DNA of 15,598 nucleotides from Candidatus Aenigmatarchaeota archaeon (GTDB lineage: Archaea > Aenigmatarchaeota > Aenigmatarchaeia > Aenigmatarchaeales > Aenigmatarchaeaceae): NCBI GenBank assembly GCA_043814985.1, contig JBDRJK010000009.1, forward strand, positions 1 through 15,598, given 5' to 3'. Below the pieces are notes generated by a model. The model had not been told where the DNA came from. It saw only the letters and a program-made list of their open reading frames with translations, and made no database searches. The position numbers and the translations under genes were made by a program. This document shows positions 8,754-15,120 of this stretch, one piece after another; within the stretch, counting starts at the first letter, position 1; each line of letters begins with the position of its first letter.

Positions 8754-9113
8754 ATGTTCAATCCAGAAAACCTTAGCAGAAGAGACAAAAAAATAATGAA
8801 TGCACTGCTCTACTTTTATCCAAGAAAGAGAAGTGCATTCCACATATACGAGTACATCTCAAAGTTCAACCAGAAAAGCGGAGTCAAGAATCCAAAAGCA
8901 CTCGGCCACATACTCACAAGGTTCCCAGTCAAAAGCTCGCTCACAGTATTCCAGTCATACGTTGATAAAAGCATTTCAGGAAGCAGATTCATACGATTAT
9001 ACGTTCTTGATGATGGCTTTGTAAAAAAATATTATAAAGAAAAAAACGGACTTCTGATATTGGACAGAAATAAGTCTAAGGAATCTGGTAAACATGGGGC
9101 AGGAAGAAAATAA
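8754..9113 (+). CDS. Basic hypothetical protein, possibly winged-helix DNA-binding
   Basis: GGAGGT at 8738-8743. The three-helix plus beta-hairpin pattern is a by-eye impression only. Confidence 0.55.
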   Translation: MFNPENLSRRDKKIMNALLYFYPRKRSAFHIYEYISKFNQKSGVKNPKALGHILTRFPVKSSLTVFQSYVDKSISGSRFIRLYVLDDGFVKKYYKEKNGLLILDRNKSKESGKHGAGRK

Positions 9114-11127
9114 GGCATTAATGGTGCTCTCACAAGTAAATGAGGGCATAAGGCAGACAGCCACGACAGTAGATTACTCTACTGTAAACTATACAAAACT
9201 TGAAAGCATCTACAAAACAGACCAGCTCATCTTCCAGGCAGTAAACATCATCAGCACATTCGCCATAAGCAAGGGATACCAATACGTCGTCTCAGAGAAC
9301 ACTGAAGAAGAAATGGCTATGAGAGATAAAATAGCTTCACTTGATACTATCGTCGGGCTTCCAAAGCTATTGACTGATATTGTACGGCATCTGCACATTT
9401 ACGGGAATGCATATCTTGAAATCGTTTACTCCAGAACTGACAATAAGAAAGTTGTCGGTCTCGCACTGATTGATCCTAAGACCATCACATTCAAAAAGAA
9501 AGGGACTGGAGAAATAGACCTTGATGAAAGCGGAAACATAAAAGGGTACATCCAGACTGTAAACGCCAAAAAGATAGAACTTAATCCGAATCAGATAATT
9601 CATTTCAGAATCAACACCATTGCAGACTCTCTTACAGGAACAGGAATCATCGAGCCACTGGTCAAGATTATAGAAGCCAAAAGAAACATTGAGGTAGGTC
9701 TTGCAGAAGCAGTGTATCGTCATGGATTTCCGCAATTCCATGTGAAGCTTGGTGACAAAGAGCATCAGCCTACAGGAGAGCAGGTAACAGAAGAATCTGA
9801 AAAGTACAAAAGAATCAATTCAAAATCAGAATTCGTCACCCCCTATTATTACGAGATTAAGGTTCTTGAAGCTCCTGCATTAAAGGGCGGAGAAAGTTAC
9901 CTCAAGTATTTCATTGACCAGATTGTAGCAGGAACGGGAGTTCCTCAGACCATTCTTCTTGGAAGCGGAGAATTCAGCAACAGGTCATCATCAATGTCAC
10001 AGCAGGAAAACTTCTTTTTATACATCGCAGGAATACAAAGCCTTGTCGCAGAAACACTGCAAAAGGAACTATTCACAAAGATTGTCCTCCTCGATGAATG
10101 TCCTGTATATATGTTTTTCAATTCATTGCAGACAAAATCAGACCTGGAACTCGCCCAGGAAAGAGAGATTTATCTGCGTTATAATGTTTTAACTCCTGAT
10201 GAGGTCAGGCAAGAAATGGGCTTGGAACCTCTTTCTACACCCCCAACGGATGAGCAATCCCAATCTGATGCATCAGGAGATTTTTCTTTCCTCAACGATA
10301 AGGAACTCATGCTCGAGCCAGATTCAGGATTTCAGTACATCCACGAAGAGCTTGATTTCGGAGGAGTGCTCCAGCAATTATCTGAACCTATCCGCTCACG
10401 ATTCATCAAAGACCAGCAGATACTCACTTACAGAATCAACAGGATAATGGACAAAGCAAGGGCAAAAATACTCAACGAAATAGACATAAACACAAAAGAC
10501 GAAACCCCGATTCTTGCACGAGAAAACATTCTCATTGATTCTGAAATGCTTGCCCCTGAGCGAGACGCTCTTGTCGCAGCAATCTTTCTCGATTCAAAAA
10601 AGAAATTCAAGCAGGGAATAAAACTTGGAGAGAACTTCATCAAAAAGAATTATCCCCAGGTTGCAGGAATAAAAGTCAAGAGCACAATCAATGAACAGGC
10701 CATCAGAGCTCTTGACCTGAGAGCATCGCAATTGGCCAATACTGTAAGCGAAGACCTTCTTGCAGCAACCCAGATTTCCATACGTGACGGAATAATGGCT
10801 CGCAAAGGAGCAAAGCAGCTTAAAGAGGACATCGAAGCAATCTTTGAGAAATATGGAGGCTCTTCTGGAAGATTCAATAAAGTCGGTACAAGAGCAGAAC
10901 TCATAGCAAGAACAGAACTGCAGAGGGCATTTATCGAGGGAAATATTCAAAGCTTCAAAGAACTTGGAGTGATGAAAGTCCAGATGTCAATCAATCCTGA
11001 TGCATGCGAGCAATGCATAGAAACATCATCCCAAAACCAGGATGTGTCCATACATCTTGCAGAGGGAATAATCCCAGTTCATCCACGATGCAGATGCGGA
11101 TGGGTTGTATCATTAATTGAGAAATAA
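9094..11127 (+). CDS. Portal protein fused to a MuF (SPP1 gp7-like) head morphogenesis domain
   Basis: The N-terminal ~380 aa carry portal motifs IYGNAYLEI, IIHFR..GTGIIEPL, GVPQTILLG and LTPDEVRQEMGLEPL. The C-terminus carries MuF motifs RAELIARTE, DACEQC and PVHPRCRC. Single uninterrupted ORF. Confidence 0.88.
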   Translation: MGQEENKALMVLSQVNEGIRQTATTVDYSTVNYTKLESIYKTDQLIFQAVNIISTFAISKGYQYVVSENTEEEMAMRDKIASLDTIVGLPKLLTDIVRHLHIYGNAYLEIVYSRTDNKKVVGLALIDPKTITFKKKGTGEIDLDESGNIKGYIQTVNAKKIELNPNQIIHFRINTIADSLTGTGIIEPLVKIIEAKRNIEVGLAEAVYRHGFPQFHVKLGDKEHQPTGEQVTEESEKYKRINSKSEFVTPYYYEIKVLEAPALKGGESYLKYFIDQIVAGTGVPQTILLGSGEFSNRSSSMSQQENFFLYIAGIQSLVAETLQKELFTKIVLLDECPVYMFFNSLQTKSDLELAQEREIYLRYNVLTPDEVRQEMGLEPLSTPPTDEQSQSDASGDFSFLNDKELMLEPDSGFQYIHEELDFGGVLQQLSEPIRSRFIKDQQILTYRINRIMDKARAKILNEIDINTKDETPILARENILIDSEMLAPERDALVAAIFLDSKKKFKQGIKLGENFIKKNYPQVAGIKVKSTINEQAIRALDLRASQLANTVSEDLLAATQISIRDGIMARKGAKQLKEDIEAIFEKYGGSSGRFNKVGTRAELIARTELQRAFIEGNIQSFKELGVMKVQMSINPDACEQCIETSSQNQDVSIHLAEGIIPVHPRCRCGWVVSLIEK

Positions 11128-11136
11128 AAAGAAAAA
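11121..11136 (-). terminator. Oligo-T archaeal terminator candidate for the TR RNA
   Basis: The minus strand reads TTTTTCTTTTTATTTC immediately 3' of the closing stem of the predicted TR RNA. Confidence 0.45.
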
Positions 11137-11137
11137 G

Positions 11138-11395
11138 TGTCCCAGCCATAAGCTTGACTATTCCGACGAAACGCCCATTATTGTTGATGTTGTTGTTGCC
11201 ATCGAGGCCATTATTATTGTTGTTGAGATACGCCAGGCGCCCCTAGAGTAGCCATTTCACTTTCCTGAAAGCCACCACCACTTCAGACATTAGCTGTCGT
11301 GGTTGTATTTTATAGCAGCAAGCTGCCGTAGTGAAATGACGTGTAGTTCCAAGCTACTCCATAACCTCATGGAAGTCCATGAAGCAACTGGGACA
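11138..11395 (-). ncRNA. Predicted structured DGR template RNA containing TR
   Basis: No ORF. Complementary pairs: 11138-11145/11388-11395 (8 bp), 11246-11252/11353-11359 (7 bp), 11253-11261/11330-11338 (9 bp). Local hairpins at 11277-11303, 11315-11326 and 11367-11382. G-U extensions form only on the minus strand. Confidence 0.7.
11158..11244 (-). repeat. DGR template repeat (TR)
   Basis: The minus strand conceptually reads GRLAYLNNNNNGLDGNNNINNNGRFVGI (11 AAY codons). Ungapped 87-bp match to 11584-11670. Confidence 0.96.
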
Positions 11396-11415
11396 GAAAG
11401 CAAAATAAAAGAAGG

Positions 11416-11433
11416 AATATAAAAAAATATCGG
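11416..11433 (-). promoter_or_regulatory. Candidate BRE-TATA promoter for the TR RNA (may also terminate the target gene)
   Basis: The minus strand reads CCGATATTTTTTTATATT, with the TATA-like part ~25 nt upstream of the predicted RNA 5' stem at 11395. Confidence 0.45.
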
Positions 11434-11437
11434 TAAT

Positions 11438-12346
11438 TTATCGCTTGTACAGCTGAGATACGGCTTTTAGCATGCCTTCTCTGTTCAGGTCTGGGTTATT
11501 GATAACTGCCAGTGTCTGCTCGAGAGTTGGCTGCACAATGCTTTGAGGAGCTGATTTTTCGCGCGCAACTGCGCCTCCGGCGCCTACCCCGACGAAACGC
11601 CCAACATCGTAGATGCTGTTGTAGCCACCGAGGCCATAATCATTGTAGTCGAGATACGCCAGGCGCCCCTTAGCTTGAGCGTCAAAACCAACATCATTGA
11701 TTCTGTGATAGCTGCCGTTATTACTCCAGCCTTCTCCGCCCTCCTCCTTTTTGCCAAAGAGCATTTTAGCTAATGCTTCTCTGTTTTCAGGAGAGCCAGT
11801 AATCATCAAGACCCTGTCGTCCTGCATAAAAGTATCGTAATCCAGCTGGCCACTGCCGTTAATCTTTGGGCTGTCCTTGTCTAATCGAGCAAAGATAGTG
11901 TAGGGAGTTCCTGGTGCAGGCACATTGCCTTTCCTTGCATCTTCAAGATGTACTCTGGCAACAGTCTGGCCATTATAGCTGCCTTTTCCAACAGCAACCC
12001 ATTCATCATCAGAAATGGGCATGAACGCATAATTTCCAGCCTGCTTGAATAGCTTTTCCAAGCCTTTTGCAGTAGCCAAAGAGCCTGCTGAATGCCATGC
12101 CTCGTAAGAACGATCTCCGTCTCTCTGTCCATGATATTCACCAGTGATTGTGTCAATCCAAGTAGGTCTGATTGCTTCACGAACTTCAGGATGAGTTGTC
12201 ATGGACTGAATGACCATAGGCATGTCTGCTACGGTTAATCCATGTTCTTGAGAAAGTTTTTCAGCTTGATTTCTTGCCTTAACGTATCCAGTCTGGTCAG
12301 TAACTGCTGCCAGTACAGGTGATTTTATTTGCACGATTTGTGACAT
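11438..12346 (-). CDS. DGR variable (target) protein, probable C-type-lectin fold
   Basis: Contains the VR in frame (GRLAYLDYNDYGLGGYNSIYDVGRFVGV). Has its own SD (GGAGGT, 12356-12361) and promoter. The GRFVG ending resembles CLec-fold DGR targets; the fold itself is inferred. Confidence 0.9.
   Translation of the reverse strand: MSQIVQIKSPVLAAVTDQTGYVKARNQAEKLSQEHGLTVADMPMVIQSMTTHPEVREAIRPTWIDTITGEYHGQRDGDRSYEAWHSAGSLATAKGLEKLFKQAGNYAFMPISDDEWVAVGKGSYNGQTVARVHLEDARKGNVPAPGTPYTIFARLDKDSPKINGSGQLDYDTFMQDDRVLMITGSPENREALAKMLFGKKEEGGEGWSNNGSYHRINDVGFDAQAKGRLAYLDYNDYGLGGYNSIYDVGRFVGVGAGGAVAREKSAPQSIVQPTLEQTLAVINNPDLNREGMLKAVSQLYKR
11571..11583 (-). other. GC-rich hairpin GCGCC-GGA-GGCGC directly 3' of VR (homing/IMH-associated stem-loop)
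   Basis: 5-bp stem with a GGA (GRA-type) loop that begins where TR/VR similarity ends. Absent after TR. Confidence 0.75.
11584..11670 (-). repeat. DGR variable repeat (VR)
   Basis: 13 of 87 positions differ from TR, all at TR adenines (8 A>G, 5 A>T). None of the 58 non-adenine positions differs. Confidence 0.96.
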
Positions 12347-12400
12347 TTTGAGCGAACCTCCATTAAATTGACTATCTTTTTATAGGATAAAATCAGGTAG

Positions 12401-12415
12401 TATTTAAAGGTTTCG
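12401..12415 (-). promoter_or_regulatory. Archaeal BRE-TATA promoter of the DGR target gene (CGAAACC-TTTAAATA)
   Basis: Consensus-like BRE and TATA box ~55 nt upstream of ATG 12346, with SD GGAGGT in the leader. Confidence 0.75.
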
Positions 12416-12465
12416 ATTTTGTAATCACTACGAAGTAGTGTTGCTTATAAAAACAGCAGATGCCG

Positions 12466-12663
12466 TCAATCTTCCTTTAGGGGGAACTTCTCAATGAGTA
12501 TGTACTCTTTTTTATTCATACGCACTGCACTGACCTGTACCTTGCTCCCGCTCTTCAAGCCGATTGCCTTGGCCTCTCTGGTAACCAAAACCCCTATCCC
12601 ATTCCCATATGTATTCAGCTGCTTAACAGACCGTTCAATGATTTCCTTTTTTGAATCATTCAT
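12466..12663 (-). CDS. AbrB/SpoVT/MazE-type swapped-hairpin DNA-binding protein
   Basis: 65 aa with 'YGNGIGVLVTREAKAIGLKSGSKVQV...ILIEK', the usual AbrB-fold pattern. Confidence 0.7.
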   Translation of the reverse strand: MNDSKKEIIERSVKQLNTYGNGIGVLVTREAKAIGLKSGSKVQVSAVRMNKKEYILIEKFPLKED

Positions 12664-12673
12664 TCATGTATCT

Positions 12674-12766
12674 TACAGTATATAACTAATAAACACCGTA
12701 TTATACAGTATATTACGTGACCAGAATCAATGTTAATAAATCGGATGTAATATACCTTATATTACG
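12674..12766. promoter_or_regulatory. Divergent promoter region with operator-like repeats
   Basis: TACAGTATAT at 12674-12683 and 12704-12713. TATATTACG at 12709-12717 and 12758-12766. Inverted repeat GTAATATA-cct-TATATTAC at 12747-12765. TATA-like TTAATAAA at 12733-12740, 27 nt before the RT ATG. Confidence 0.55.
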
Positions 12767-14485
12767 ATGCAGGATACAGGCATAATTGAGAATGTTTACG
12801 AAGAACTCTGTTCATACGAAAATCTTGAAACCGCTTTCAACAGGGCAAGAAGAGGCAAAACACTCAAGGACTATGTGATTGAATTTGAAGCAAAACTAAA
12901 AGAGAATTTGCTACAGCTGAGGACAGAACTTCTCCTGCAAACATACCAGCCACAACCCCTCAAAACATTCATTCTTCGAGATCCAAAAACAAGGAAGATA
13001 AGCAAGTCAGCATTCAGAGACAGAGTTGTGCATCATGCAATATGCAATATCATTGAGCCTGTTTTTGACAAGAGGTTCATTTACGACTCCTTCGCCAACA
13101 GACTAAGAAAAGGAACCCTAAACGCAGTCAAAAGGTTTGACGAATTCAAAAGAAAAGTGTCGCAGAACAACACTATCAGATGCTATGTTCTCAAAGCAGA
13201 TATCAAAAGTTATTTTGACTCAGTAAACCATCAAATCCTCTTACAAATACTCGGCAAAAGAATCAAGGACGAAAGATTACTGTGGCTCATAAAGACAATT
13301 CTCGACAACCATAAAGGAGAAGACAGCAACAAAGGCATGCCCTTGGGAAATCTCACATCGCAATTCTTTGCCAATGTCTATCTCAATGAATTTGATCAGT
13401 TTGTCAAGCACAAGCTGAGAATCAAATATTACATACGATATGTTGATGATTTTGCAATTCTGCATCAATCTCGCAAAGTACTTGAAGACTACAAAGAAAA
13501 AATTAATACGTTTCTCAAAGACAAGCTGGATCTCAAACTTCATCCAGACAAATCCCAAGTTCTCAAATTGGAGAAAGGCATCGGCTTTCTCGGATTTCGA
13601 GTATTCTACCATCATAAAATCCTAGTAAAAAAGAACATGAGAAAGTTTGAGAAAAAGATGGAACAGATGAAGCATGAGTATGGGGACAAGAAGCTTGAAA
13701 GAGAAAAGGTCATCGAGAAATTCGAAGGCTGGCTTGCATACGCATCTCACGCAAATACTTACAAATACCGAAAAAGAATGACGAGCAAATTCAACCATTC
13801 ATTTCCAACTCAGACAGATACCACAATTACCTCGGTTAAAAAACATGAAAACTTCAATCATAAAGTTGACGAAAGCAAGACGGCATTCAGCCAGCAAAAG
13901 ACACTTCAGCTCGTCAGAAGAGGCATGTCTGTCAAACAAATTGCGGAAGCAAGAGGTATCAAAGAAGGAACCGTCTGGGATCATGTGGCCTCTTCAATTG
14001 AGCATTATCAATTACAGCTGAAGTCAATTCTCCCAAATTATAAAATACGGAAAATTCTTTCCAATATTAAATCACCTGATGATAAAATCAAGGACATAAA
14101 AGAAAGAGTCAATGATATCTCAATATCCTACAACGAGATCAACTGCGTTCTTGCCAACGTCAAAGGAAAACACAAAAAGAAAAGCATGATGTATTTTATC
14201 GACTGGTACAAACGAACAAACTGTTTCAGAAAGTGCTATTTTAATAAAAATCAAAGGCAAGAATGCAGAGTCAAATTTCAGCAGCTCGCTGCCAAGGGTG
14301 CAGAAATGAATTTTACAAAGAAAGAATTTCTCGATTTCTTCAACAATCATGTCAGCATATGCGTTCTTCCAGACAAGGATAAGAGAAAATTTGTTTCATG
14401 GAAAGAGTTCAAACAGAGTCTCCGCAAAAAGAAACCCAATCCAGACAATAAACCATCCGACAATAAGAAACCTACATCTCCCTAA
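12767..14485 (+). CDS. DGR reverse transcriptase with C-terminal HTH extension
   Basis: Motifs FRDRVVHHA, YVLKADIKSYFDSVNH, the DGR-type GMPLGNLTSQ (13334-13363), YIRYVDDF (YVDD 13439-13450) and FLGF. Followed by ~220 extra aa including TLQLVRRGMSVKQIAEARGIKEGTVWDHV. Confidence 0.95.
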   Translation: MQDTGIIENVYEELCSYENLETAFNRARRGKTLKDYVIEFEAKLKENLLQLRTELLLQTYQPQPLKTFILRDPKTRKISKSAFRDRVVHHAICNIIEPVFDKRFIYDSFANRLRKGTLNAVKRFDEFKRKVSQNNTIRCYVLKADIKSYFDSVNHQILLQILGKRIKDERLLWLIKTILDNHKGEDSNKGMPLGNLTSQFFANVYLNEFDQFVKHKLRIKYYIRYVDDFAILHQSRKVLEDYKEKINTFLKDKLDLKLHPDKSQVLKLEKGIGFLGFRVFYHHKILVKKNMRKFEKKMEQMKHEYGDKKLEREKVIEKFEGWLAYASHANTYKYRKRMTSKFNHSFPTQTDTTITSVKKHENFNHKVDESKTAFSQQKTLQLVRRGMSVKQIAEARGIKEGTVWDHVASSIEHYQLQLKSILPNYKIRKILSNIKSPDDKIKDIKERVNDISISYNEINCVLANVKGKHKKKSMMYFIDWYKRTNCFRKCYFNKNQRQECRVKFQQLAAKGAEMNFTKKEFLDFFNNHVSICVLPDKDKRKFVSWKEFKQSLRKKKPNPDNKPSDNKKPTSP

Positions 14486-14519
14486 AATAATATTAAGAAA
14501 AAAACAGATTTCTCATGTT

Positions 14520-15119
14520 ATGTCTGAACTACTGCTAAAAGAGATACACGGATTCGTCAGCACTGCTAAATCCAAGAAGGAAGAATCATCTAAGGAAATG
14601 ATAGACGCATTTCTTTCCAACAACGCAGTAGCAGTCCAGATTAATTCCTTATCACGCTCACTTGAATATGTTCAGCTCCATGGCGTAAAAATCCAGCAGG
14701 TTCTAAGGGAAGGCACTTCCCTGAGAATTACAGGAGTGGCCATAAGCGAGGGCATGTGGAATGGCATATTCTATCCTGCAGAAGAGCTGGAGAAAGCATA
14801 CAAAGGACTCGAGGGAAAACCTCTGAGGATTGACCATTCTTCAAGTATAAGGGATATTGTCGGGAAAGTCATCAGGTCAATATGGAATGCTGCTCAGAAA
14901 AGAGTAGAATTTGAAGCAATAGTCAATGATGATGAAATTGCCCAGAAGCTCCTGGACAAGCTGATTGATTCTGTGAGTGTTGGTGTGTTAATAGACAATG
15001 TTGAAGAAAACGGCGAGCATGTAGCCCGCAATATCGAATTCAAGGAATTGAGCCTTGTTGATGATCCTGCATGCAAAGATGCGAAAATCAATCCAATAGG
15101 AAACGGAGGCACTGATTAA
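14520..15119 (+). CDS. Prohead (capsid maturation) protease, HK97/herpes-like fold
   Basis: ITGVAISEG.WNGIFYPAEEL...GKPLRIDH (His), IVGKV, VSVG (Ser) and ELSLVDDPACKDAKI. Start set at ATG 14520 to avoid overlap with the RT. Confidence 0.85.
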   Translation: MSELLLKEIHGFVSTAKSKKEESSKEMIDAFLSNNAVAVQINSLSRSLEYVQLHGVKIQQVLREGTSLRITGVAISEGMWNGIFYPAEELEKAYKGLEGKPLRIDHSSSIRDIVGKVIRSIWNAAQKRVEFEAIVNDDEIAQKLLDKLIDSVSVGVLIDNVEENGEHVARNIEFKELSLVDDPACKDAKINPIGNGGTD

Positions 15120-15120
15120 A

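Larger units (their letters stand above)
11138..14485. mobile_element. Diversity-generating retroelement cassette (TR, target gene with VR, AbrB-like gene, RT)
   Basis: TR/VR pair with adenine-only mismatches next to a DGR-class RT. The cassette interrupts the portal-to-protease gene order. Confidence 0.95.

Noticed and set aside
783..10950. Numerous minus-strand ORFs of 60-153 aa (e.g. 783..1244, 2896..3327, 6860..7309, 9367..9765)
   Set aside because: They are antisense shadows of well-supported plus-strand genes. Their F/L/S-rich composition is what the A-rich coding strand would produce, and they have no motifs.
11176..11225. (TTG/TTA)n run as a microsatellite or CRISPR-like repeat
   Set aside because: These are the AAY codons of the DGR template repeat. 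No repeat-spacer periodicity was seen anywhere in the window.
11321..11718. AGCTGCCGT shared by 11321-11329 and 11710-11718 as an extension of TR/VR or a second VR
   Set aside because: Only 9 bp, and the offset (389) differs from the TR/VR offset (426). Consistent with chance.
12466..12663. AbrB/MazE-like gene as the antitoxin of a toxin-antitoxin pair, or as Avd
   Set aside because: No PIN, MazF or other toxin ORF is adjacent. It is too short and beta-rich to be a four-helix-bundle Avd.
12767..14485. RT as group II intron maturase, retron, Abi or CRISPR-associated RT
   Set aside because: It has the DGR-type LGNLTSQ motif and YVDD, and a neighbouring adenine-specific TR/VR pair. No intron domain V/VI, retron VTG motif or cas1 was seen.
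11121..14510. Target-site duplication or terminal repeats flanking the DGR cassette
   Set aside because: Both flanks are merely A-rich; no specific direct or inverted repeat could be identified.
14349..14519. N-terminal extension of the protease ORF as given in the ORF track
   Set aside because: It overlaps the RT 3' end by 137 bp and is not protease-like, so ATG 14520 is preferred. Upstream extensions of ORFs 228, 3480 and 4580 were trimmed similarly using SD sites and ATGA overlaps.
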